A stretch of DNA of 31,996 bases from a bacterium (GTDB lineage Bacteria; SZUA-182; DTGQ01; JAFGSM01): the NCBI GenBank assembly GCA_049472335.1, contig JBLIRO010000059.1, forward strand, positions 1 through 31,996, given 5' to 3'. Of this stretch, positions 16,737-24,990 are shown piece after piece; position 1 is the stretch's first letter, and the number at the start of each line of letters is the position of its first letter. The notes beneath the pieces were generated by a model. The model was given only the letters and a program-made list of their open reading frames with translations, had not been told where the DNA came from and made no database searches. Both the position numbers and the translations under genes were made by a program.

Positions 16737-18833
16737 TTATGACTTCTCCCTTTGACTAACCAGAATCGGCTCTTCATCATGGATTTCTTCTTTGTCTTCA
16801 GACAAAGAATGTTGGGTTTCTGTAGATTTCTTCTGAGTCTCGTCCAATGATTCTATTATAAAGGGCTCAGATGTTATATGATGAATCTGCGCGAAGATCT
16901 GGGCATCTGTAAATCCTGAAAGCTGGATGCTATTGGACCTGCAAGTCGAGGCACATACCCCGCATCCCTGACATTTACCCTTGTTTATCTCAGCCACCCT
17001 TTTGATCAGATTTCCTTTCTTATCTTTGATCTCATAAGGCTCTATGGCCTTATATGCACATACTTCTTTGCATGTAAAGCATCCTATACATGTGGTGTGA
17101 TTCACCTTGGCAATAATGGGTTCTCTGAGGAGCTCCTTTTGCCCAAACAATGCAAGCACCTTACTGGCTGCCGCGCCTGCCTGTGCTACAGATTCGGGTA
17201 TATCCTTTGGCGCCTGACACGCCCCGGCAAGGAACACCCCTGCGCTGTTTGTCTCAACAGGTCTGAGCTTTGGGTGCGCTTCACACATAAAATTATAAAG
17301 ATCGTAGGAAACACCCAGCATCTGAGCCAGTTTTTCAATACCCTTGGGGGCTACCATGGCCGTCGCGAGCACTACCATATCCGCCTCTATCTCTACCTGA
17401 GCCCCAAGGAGGGTATCCGCTCCAAGAATAACCAGTTTTTCGCCTTTGCGGTATATCTTTGAGACCCTGCCGCGTATATATATGGCATGATCTTCTTCAA
17501 TCGCACGACGAACAAATTCATCATAATTTTTCCCGCCGGCACGTATATCCATATAAAACACGTAAGCCTTTCCCTCATGGACCTTGTGCCTGTAAAGCAT
17601 GGTATGCTTGGCCGTATACATGCAGCAGATTTTTGAGCAATAGGACCTGCCGCATAGGGGGTCCCTTGACCCGACGCATTGTATAAAGACGATACTTTGT
17701 GGTACTTTTCCATCCGAAGGTCTTTTTAGCTCTCCCAGTGTTGGACCTGACGCGCTTACCAGTCTTTCAAACTGGAGCCCCGAAATGATATCGGGATCAC
17801 GGCCATATTCCGGATACATATGGGTTTCGGTTAGTTCGTAGCCGGTAGCACAGATAACGGCGCCCACATCCTCTGTGATTAATTCATCCTTTTGTTCATA
17901 ATCTATTGCTTTCGTGGGACAAACCTTTTCACATACACCACATTTGCCCTTGGTGAATTTCAGACAGTTCTCTCTATCAATAACCGGTTTGTTTGGTACG
18001 GCTTGAGGGAACGGAACATATATGGCTTTACGGATTCCCATACCCTGGTCAAATTCGCTTTTTATCTTGATGGGGCATTTCTGCTGGCATAGATTACATC
18101 CCGTGCATTTTTTGGTGTTCACAGACCCGGCCTTTTTTCGGATTGTAACCTGGAAATTACCGATATAACCATCCACTGCTTCAACCTCTGAATATGTATA
18201 AAGCTTTATCCTGGGGTCCTGAGCTACCTCCACCATCCTGGGGGTAAGTATGCATTGAGAACAATCCAGCGTGGGAAACGTTTCATCCAATTGCGCCATA
18301 TGTCCTCCGATGGATGGGCTTTTTTCCACCATTATTACTTCGTACCCGGCGTGAGCAATATCCAGGGCGGCCTGGATGCCCGCTATCCCTCCACCGATTA
18401 CCAATGCCCGTTTTGTGACAGGTATCTGTATATTGTTTAGCGGATGATTTCTCTTCACCTTTTCGACCATAAGACGCACCAGGTCTTTGGCCTTTTCAGT
18501 GGCTTCTTTGCGATTGGTATGCACCCAGGAACAATGTTCTCTTAGATTCGCCATTTCCAGAAGATAAGGATTAAAGCCGATTTGGGCGACTGTCCTGCGG
18601 TAAGTGACTTCATGCATGCGGGGAGAACAGGCAGCCACAACAACCCCGGTTAATTTATCTTTTTTTATAGAATCCAATATAAGCCTTTGCCCCGGATCAG
18701 AACACATATATTTGTATTCAACGGAAGTTACAACACCGGGCAAATGTGAGGCATATTCTGCCACTTCTTTAACGTCGACCGTTTCAGATATATTTGAACC
18801 GCACCAACAAACAAAAACCCCAATACGTGCCAT
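16737..18833 (-). CDS. hdrA: Heterodisulfide reductase subunit A (bifurcating flavoprotein)
   Basis: 'RIGVFVCWCGSNI', 'YMCSDPGQ', 'AACSPRMHE', 'ANLREHCSW', GGGIAG, 'TFPTLDCSQCI', inserted and C-terminal ferredoxin motifs, 'CVGSRD..YCSKICC'. Confidence 0.97.
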   Translation of the reverse strand: MARIGVFVCWCGSNISETVDVKEVAEYASHLPGVVTSVEYKYMCSDPGQRLILDSIKKDKLTGVVVAACSPRMHEVTYRRTVAQIGFNPYLLEMANLREHCSWVHTNRKEATEKAKDLVRLMVEKVKRNHPLNNIQIPVTKRALVIGGGIAGIQAALDIAHAGYEVIMVEKSPSIGGHMAQLDETFPTLDCSQCILTPRMVEVAQDPRIKLYTYSEVEAVDGYIGNFQVTIRKKAGSVNTKKCTGCNLCQQKCPIKIKSEFDQGMGIRKAIYVPFPQAVPNKPVIDRENCLKFTKGKCGVCEKVCPTKAIDYEQKDELITEDVGAVICATGYELTETHMYPEYGRDPDIISGLQFERLVSASGPTLGELKRPSDGKVPQSIVFIQCVGSRDPLCGRSYCSKICCMYTAKHTMLYRHKVHEGKAYVFYMDIRAGGKNYDEFVRRAIEEDHAIYIRGRVSKIYRKGEKLVILGADTLLGAQVEIEADMVVLATAMVAPKGIEKLAQMLGVSYDLYNFMCEAHPKLRPVETNSAGVFLAGACQAPKDIPESVAQAGAAASKVLALFGQKELLREPIIAKVNHTTCIGCFTCKEVCAYKAIEPYEIKDKKGNLIKRVAEINKGKCQGCGVCASTCRSNSIQLSGFTDAQIFAQIHHITSEPFIIESLDETQKKSTETQHSLSEDKEEIHDEEPILVSQREKS

Positions 18834-18880
18834 TTATTCCTCTCTATTCCTAGATAAAAATCTACCTGTCATTACATCCC

Positions 18881-19765
18881 CTATTTATCAGCCATTGCCA
18901 GAACACCTTTTTCTTCAAATAAAGAAAGCGGTGTTGTTATAAGGTGTTTTAAACCTATGGCCTCTGACGGTAAATTCATTGCCAATCCGATCAGTTGAGT
19001 GAAATAGACAATCGGGATATGAATTTCATAGCCCAATTGCTTCGATACCTCGGATTGTTTCAGGTCCAGATTTGACTGACATAAGGGACAGGCAACTGCA
19101 ATGCAATCAGCATTGTTTTCAACTGCTGAATGCAATATATTGCAGGCTAATCTCAATGCAACCATAGGTTGTGTGATGGCAAGGCTTGCGCCGCAACACT
19201 CAGTTTTATATGGCCAATTACAGGATGTGGCCCCCAGAGTTGAGATAATGCGGTCCATTTTTATAGGAGCCTCGCAATTTTCCTCTCCGGCAATCTCCTT
19301 TGGTCTGGCCAGAAGGCACCCATAATAACAAGCAACCCTCAAACCCGATAGCTCTCTCTTGATGGCATTCTTTATCTTGCTGAGGGTATCCAGGCGATTA
19401 AAAAGATATAGGGGATTTATAATCTCAACCTTTCCCGCATATTTTTCATCTATCAGCTCATTAACCTTTTTACGAACCTTCTCATCTTTTTTTACCTCCA
19501 GATTGGCCACTTTAAGCCTGCTGAAGCATGAGGCGCAGGGGGCTACAATATCCAATCCCTGGTTTTCGGCCCAGGTGCAATTGGCAATTGCAAGCGCCAA
19601 TGAAAGCCATTGGCTTGTCGTATGTGCCGGGGTGGCCCCGCAGCAGATCCAATCCGGGATCTCTATAAGGTCAATCCCTATTTGGTTGCATACGGCCCTC
19701 ATAGAGAGATTGTACTCTTTTGCCGTAGCATGGAGAGAACAACCCGGATAATATGCAAATTTCAT
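18881..19765 (-). CDS. hdrB: Heterodisulfide reductase subunit B
   Basis: Two intact CCG domains: YYPGC...WICCG...PCASC and YYGC...ECCG...ACPLC. Confidence 0.95.
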   Translation of the reverse strand: MKFAYYPGCSLHATAKEYNLSMRAVCNQIGIDLIEIPDWICCGATPAHTTSQWLSLALAIANCTWAENQGLDIVAPCASCFSRLKVANLEVKKDEKVRKKVNELIDEKYAGKVEIINPLYLFNRLDTLSKIKNAIKRELSGLRVACYYGCLLARPKEIAGEENCEAPIKMDRIISTLGATSCNWPYKTECCGASLAITQPMVALRLACNILHSAVENNADCIAVACPLCQSNLDLKQSEVSKQLGYEIHIPIVYFTQLIGLAMNLPSEAIGLKHLITTPLSLFEEKGVLAMADK

Positions 19766-20409
19766 TGTTCTTCCCTCTCTAATTTACTGACTTTTTCAAA
19801 GATTTTCTGAACCCTTTCTACTCTTTGAACTTCAACCGGTAATATTTTGATCTTGGATTTCAGAATCATGATGGGAGCCTTTAGAAAGTTCGCGAACAGG
19901 TAGCCACTGTTAATGTTATAGTTATAAATCAATCCGGGTTCAAAAACACGACCATAATAATGTATACTATCCAGAAAAATCTGGTTGAAGCATTTAAGAT
20001 TGGATTTTGCATCCATCTGTAATATATAGATAATGCTATCCTTGACCCTATTCCATATGTTTTTGAGAAGACTTCGCAAATCATTTGAATCAGTTAATGA
20101 TTCTTTATGATATAAGATTCTTATACTATCCATAATCCTGGCCAGGTCTATTTTCTGGGGGCATCTGATGCTGCATGTCTGGCATGATGCACATAGCCAT
20201 ATGGTTTGACTTGCTAACACCTTGTCCTTTATGCCGAGTTGAAGAAGCCGGATTATCTGATTAGGAGAAAGGTCCATATCTTTGCAAATAGGACATCCCG
20301 CAGAACATTTCCCGCACTGATAACATGAGGAGATCTTTTGGGCGCTTGTTTTTTCTATTTCAGCAAGAAATACCTCATTGCATGTATTTTGATTAAGAAC
20401 CCATTTCAT
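19762..20409 (-). CDS. hdrC: Heterodisulfide reductase subunit C
   Basis: CYQCGKCSAGCP and 'IWLCASCQTCSIRCP'; 'FLDSI..YGRVFE'; ATGA overlap with hdrB. Confidence 0.93.
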   Translation of the reverse strand: MKWVLNQNTCNEVFLAEIEKTSAQKISSCYQCGKCSAGCPICKDMDLSPNQIIRLLQLGIKDKVLASQTIWLCASCQTCSIRCPQKIDLARIMDSIRILYHKESLTDSNDLRSLLKNIWNRVKDSIIYILQMDAKSNLKCFNQIFLDSIHYYGRVFEPGLIYNYNINSGYLFANFLKAPIMILKSKIKILPVEVQRVERVQKIFEKVSKLEREEQ

Positions 20410-20421
20410 TACATAACCTCC

Positions 20422-23400
20422 TTAATCCTCATTGAAGCCACCAACCTTTTCAATCAAAGACAGGCATTTATCAAAATCATTCTCAACGTCTTCCAGCAGA
20501 TCACGAGCATAGAGGTAATTATGCACCCCGATACTACCATCGGCTTGCACAAACAGGAGGTTGGTTTCCGCCTTTTCGTATATAGAAAAAATATACTCGC
20601 TTTGACTCGAAACACCCTCTTCCTTCAATAGTTTAATCGGTTTTTCCAGTTCTTTTCTTAGTAATAAAACCTTTTCTAACATTTGCTTGATATCTTCCTG
20701 CCATTCCAAAGCCAGATCCGTGTATCCTGACCCTTCACCATGGCAGTCATCGCAAGCTTTCACATTTGCTTTGGTAGTCTCAAATGAGAGACCGCCTATA
20801 TTGACGGTTTCTTTATATTTATGGCAGCCCTGGCAGGAAACTCTGGCGGTAAACATCGGATCGGGCTCTCCGGATACCCCTTTTGCCCCGATTCCAAGAT
20901 ACATTTTTTCCGCAACTGTATGAGATGATTCATGACATTCAATACAATTCCATTTGATCTGTTTAGCCATGGCCATAATTCCATGCTTTATATCCAGATG
21001 GCATTCGAAACATTCGATCTTTCTTTTAGTAATATGAACCAAATGTAAAGCCTCCGGATCACTCAGGTCAGGGTCCTGCTCTGTATGGCATGAAAAACAT
21101 CGCTCCATCGGGACTTCTCCGTTCCCTTGAGTCACGCCAGAGTGGCAGTCAATACAGAGTTCGTTGGGTTTACCTTCAAGGAATTCCTGGTGATCAAATT
21201 CCACCCCATGATAAAGAACTGGTTCACTAGGATTGTCATGACAAATTGTACATTTTCCAATTCCAACCCCTTTTTTATCTCTTTCTTTAAAATGACATGT
21301 AAAACAGATGGATTCCGTGACATTAATATGGTCACCCTGAACGATCTGCGAATGACATGTGGTGCAGCGAAGTTGTTTGCCCCTTCTGAGGGTCTTCAGG
21401 TGATGCTCATGGTTAAAGTAGATATTTTTTTTGTAGAGAATCTCTGCATGGAGATCCATTTTGTTGTGGCAGCCAATCCTTAAGCAACTTGCATCACCTA
21501 TCTCGGAGTTCGGTTTTATGGAATAGGTATGGGTTAGATATTTAACAACTGATACCAGACCGTTAATTTTGCCTTCAATAACTGGTTTAATGCCCGGTTC
21601 ATAATGGCAGTCCACACAGTTAACCTCATTATGTGTGGAGTGTTCCCACGCCTCTGCATATGGTTTCATAAAGTGACATTTTGTACAGAATCCCGGGAAA
21701 TTAGCCAATTGAAGTGAATAGAGAAATAGAAATATAAATGTAACCGCCGAACCGATAGAGCCATAAAAAAGAACTGATTTCCAGTTAATGGCCCTTATCA
21801 TGTATCTCGGGCCTTTGTAATTGAATATTCGACGCAAGATCGGGAGGAAAAAGAATATACCGATAAAAACCAAGGCATAAACTGTGTAGACCACAAGATC
21901 GATTACAAATCTGTTTTTGGCCGCTAGAAGGGAATTGTACGCAGATAACCCTAAACACAGAGTTGTTAAAAATATATAGAGATCCTTTTTAAGGAACAGT
22001 GAAACCGTCATGAATAGCACGGCACTCATGATCAGGATGACTTGAGTCGTCCATACAAAACCCTGAGATAATGATACGAGTGTTGTAAACAGAGAGATAA
22101 TAACCATAAGATCAAGAATAGGTAATGCCCAGCTTTCATCCTTCTGTTTCCAGAAATAATATCCGAACAGGACCAAGGGAACCATGATAAGGATGAAAAG
22201 CTGAAGATGAATTTCCATGGCCATTGTGTTTGAAATATTCAATGCTTCAAAATAGATCAGGGAAATATAACTGATTGCTAAAAAATGGATGTCATAGGCC
22301 TTATGGTATATATTTAACAGGAAATAGATCCCTGCATAAACTACAAGTGATAGTATTGTTATGCTGATACTGGTTTCTGAGAGATTAAAAACGAGCATCA
22401 TAGTATAGAAGAAAGCGGTTATATGGCCAATCCTTTTTAAGGCAATTCCGGAATCTTTTTTTTGTTTTTTGTTCATAAATATCCAGATCCCGTAAACAGA
22501 GACAAGAAAAGGAACCGCGTTAAGACAGACCATATCCCATCTGAGATCTTTCAGGAAAAACAGATAATAGCTGATAGCGCCTGAGATGGCTATTGGGTAA
22601 AGGTATATTTCCTTCTTTTTCATCAAATAGACAATAAGGTAACCAATTCCAAGAATGAGGTATACATGGAGTGTGGCCTGGGTATTCATAAAAAACAGTA
22701 TGGATACAGCAGAGGCAATACTCAGAGTATTCCCTATTGTCAAAAAGTATGACCTCAGTTCTTCAGAAGGCAGATTCCCAAAAAAGCTTATAAAAAGATA
22801 CAGTAGTCCCCAGAGAGCCAGGCTATAACCCATTGAGACGTGGGAACTGTTAAGGGTAATCAAGGCCATGAAACTTAACGTATAGAACCAGAAAAAGAAG
22901 ATCTCATTCCACCTGGATTTTCTTAAATAAAACCAGATGGCCATAGAAACAGCTATTACCCCAGGGAAGATGAAGGCAGGACTTATAAGCCTTGTGGGAA
23001 CAAATGTCTCGTGAAGCATCAAATAATAAAGGTACGAAATGGTTATGGGAAAGGCATAGAGAAATCCCCACCAGCGCTTTTTAAGATATATAAGTAAATA
23101 GGTCAATAGAAAAACAAGATCAAGCACCAATAGTACAGTTATATCTGTCCTTTTCAAAAAGAAGGGAATAGTTAAGGCAATAGCCATAGCCAAATATTGT
23201 GTTTGATTGATTGCCATCCCCATTTTATTGTCACCTTTAGAAAAGATCCATCCCATAAAAAGCAAAATCCAAATTAGGGGGACTGATGCCAGCCAGCCCC
23301 AGGGATTACGATCAGGTGAAAGATATAAGAATATAGCTGTAAAGTAGGCGATTGTGAAAAAGATGGTACCTGTTATAACCAGGGTTAAATCCTTTCTCTT

Positions 23401-24384
23401 CCATGAATCCCGGTGATCGTGCGCTATCTTGAAATAGAGAAATGCGAAAATAAGACAAGTTCCTATGCTGTTCCATGAGACTGGAAAGTGTTGCTGCACA
23501 ATCAAGGCAAGACTAATAATAGTTAAGGGATAGACCATCATCTTAAAGATTTTATAGGTTCTGCCCTTTTTGTTACATTCTGGTTCCAATGTTTTTATTT
23601 CATGATGGATTTCCCAGAAATGTAAAGCATATAAGGCCTGGAGAAGAAGTAATATATTGGATTGATGGACAGAATAGAGAGGCGCTATTGCTAAGCCCCA
23701 AAAACCAGTCCAATAAAAGGCCTTTCCCTCCTTAAAGTTAGTCTTACGATGGACAAGGGTGCCTAGATGCATTATACAGATGAAAAATGCCATTAGGTAT
23801 AGGCTATAATGTCCTTTAGGTATTGGAGTAATAGCATAAAGTAGAAAAAGGAAAGCGAGTGACGCATTAAACAGAGTCCAGTATCTGAGAATCTGTTTTT
23901 TGTTTATAAGGCAGTAAAGGCCAAGCGCGAATGAATAGGTGAATAAAGTAATAATCGGTACCATATGATCTGTGAGAATATAATGATTTGCGTTTGCAAT
24001 TATATAAATCGTAAAGAAAGTAACTAATCCATAAACATAGTTAATAAAAGGATTAAATAAAAGGGCCTTTAAGTTGTTTTTTAAAGCTAAAATTAGAAAA
24101 AAACCAACCAAGATGATGGAAACTAACGGTGAGTGATAGGGATAAGGATGCAGATGATACGCTGAAAGAAAATAAGCGAGAATAAAAAGACCAATTGATG
24201 GGTAAATGAAAAATTTTGAATCAAGGGTTAATCCGATGATAAAATATAAAATGGAAAACAAAAGAAGTATCGATGCACTTATGAGTGGGTGTGAAATTAA
24301 AAATCCCTTGCTGCCCCATAAAAGTAATATGACAAGCACAAGGCTTAAGAAGTGTGCGATCTTTCCCATATTGATTCTAATCAT
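20422..24384 (-). CDS. Giant polytopic membrane protein (~33 TM) fused to a NapC/NrfH-like dodecaheme cytochrome c
   Basis: Residues ~1-895 are almost entirely hydrophobic segments. From C900 there are 11 CxxCH motifs plus one CX4CH (CLRIGCH); the first two lie in a NapC/NirT-like 'FCTKCHFM.PY..AW..STH..V.CVDCH'; C-terminal 'DGSIGVHN'. Confidence 0.88.
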   Translation of the reverse strand: MIRINMGKIAHFLSLVLVILLLWGSKGFLISHPLISASILLLFSILYFIIGLTLDSKFFIYPSIGLFILAYFLSAYHLHPYPYHSPLVSIILVGFFLILALKNNLKALLFNPFINYVYGLVTFFTIYIIANANHYILTDHMVPIITLFTYSFALGLYCLINKKQILRYWTLFNASLAFLFLLYAITPIPKGHYSLYLMAFFICIMHLGTLVHRKTNFKEGKAFYWTGFWGLAIAPLYSVHQSNILLLLQALYALHFWEIHHEIKTLEPECNKKGRTYKIFKMMVYPLTIISLALIVQQHFPVSWNSIGTCLIFAFLYFKIAHDHRDSWKRKDLTLVITGTIFFTIAYFTAIFLYLSPDRNPWGWLASVPLIWILLFMGWIFSKGDNKMGMAINQTQYLAMAIALTIPFFLKRTDITVLLVLDLVFLLTYLLIYLKKRWWGFLYAFPITISYLYYLMLHETFVPTRLISPAFIFPGVIAVSMAIWFYLRKSRWNEIFFFWFYTLSFMALITLNSSHVSMGYSLALWGLLYLFISFFGNLPSEELRSYFLTIGNTLSIASAVSILFFMNTQATLHVYLILGIGYLIVYLMKKKEIYLYPIAISGAISYYLFFLKDLRWDMVCLNAVPFLVSVYGIWIFMNKKQKKDSGIALKRIGHITAFFYTMMLVFNLSETSISITILSLVVYAGIYFLLNIYHKAYDIHFLAISYISLIYFEALNISNTMAMEIHLQLFILIMVPLVLFGYYFWKQKDESWALPILDLMVIISLFTTLVSLSQGFVWTTQVILIMSAVLFMTVSLFLKKDLYIFLTTLCLGLSAYNSLLAAKNRFVIDLVVYTVYALVFIGIFFFLPILRRIFNYKGPRYMIRAINWKSVLFYGSIGSAVTFIFLFLYSLQLANFPGFCTKCHFMKPYAEAWEHSTHNEVNCVDCHYEPGIKPVIEGKINGLVSVVKYLTHTYSIKPNSEIGDASCLRIGCHNKMDLHAEILYKKNIYFNHEHHLKTLRRGKQLRCTTCHSQIVQGDHINVTESICFTCHFKERDKKGVGIGKCTICHDNPSEPVLYHGVEFDHQEFLEGKPNELCIDCHSGVTQGNGEVPMERCFSCHTEQDPDLSDPEALHLVHITKRKIECFECHLDIKHGIMAMAKQIKWNCIECHESSHTVAEKMYLGIGAKGVSGEPDPMFTARVSCQGCHKYKETVNIGGLSFETTKANVKACDDCHGEGSGYTDLALEWQEDIKQMLEKVLLLRKELEKPIKLLKEEGVSSQSEYIFSIYEKAETNLLFVQADGSIGVHNYLYARDLLEDVENDFDKCLSLIEKVGGFNED

Positions 24385-24588
24385 TTTTTATACCTTATAA
24401 ATTCAACTTTAATAAATTCTTAAAAAAATTTTTAAAAATGCCATTCAACATTAATAATCTTATTTTGATACTATTTTTATGCCGGTTCTAAGATGACATA
24501 TTTAATATATTTAAATCTTATTATCTATGATTCAATTGCTACAATATTTAATCGGTTTAAGATAGTTCTCATGTTGCATGTTAATGGG

Positions 24589-24604
24589 AGCAACTATTGT
24601 GCCA
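24589..24604 (-). promoter_or_regulatory. Sigma-54 (RpoN) -24/-12 promoter of the cytochrome-hdr-flx operon
   Basis: Minus strand TGGCAC-AATAG-TTGCT matches TGGCAC-N5-TTGCW; ~205 bp upstream of ATG 24384 and correctly oriented. Confidence 0.8.
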
Positions 24605-24867
24605 CTATATTTGTGCATTCAATAAGCTATCTTGAATATAGAATGAATAGAATAAAAATGCTTATCTGATAAATAATTAGAACTGAAAAATATACATAAC
24701 GAACTAAATCTAGTTAGATTGAATATTTAATGCGGGATAAAAAAATATGACTGGGAAAGTATAAAAATTATGAGAGAATAGATATCTGTTAGTGAAAGTA
24801 GCATCTGAAAAAGCGAACTGCAAAAAGGAAGCTTGAAAAAATGGGATATCTAAAAAAAGGCAGCTTG

Positions 24868-24900
24868 AAAAAAAGGGGTACCTGAATAGGTACCCCTTTT
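24868..24900 (-). terminator. Rho-independent terminator (perfect 13 bp inverted repeat + U tract)
   Basis: Minus strand AAAAGGGGTACCT-ATTC-AGGTACCCCTTTT-TTT. Confidence 0.8.
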
Positions 24901-24990
24901 GGAGGAGATAGAGCCTTAATAGAAATAAGTAGGGGAAGCCTTTATTGAAAGCTTATGATTTTATCCTCTATTATCTTGCTTTTAGAGGTA
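24868..24990 (-). ncRNA. Candidate small RNA with anti-SD (CUCCUCC) motif
   Basis: The terminator has no upstream CDS. It is preceded on the minus strand by two small hairpins (CCTCTA..TAGAGG; AAGCTTT..AAGGCTT) and CTCCTCC directly 5' of the terminator stem. Confidence 0.35.

Noticed and set aside
16236..18833. Selenocysteine recoding in HdrA or MvhD
   Set aside because: Both ORFs are uninterrupted and have Cys at the positions that are Sec in some homologues (LDCSQC; FLCNWC).
21700..24384. AT-richness of the giant gene as evidence of separate horizontal origin
   Set aside because: Largely explained by Phe/Ile/Leu/Tyr/Lys-rich composition; cannot be claimed without codon-position analysis.
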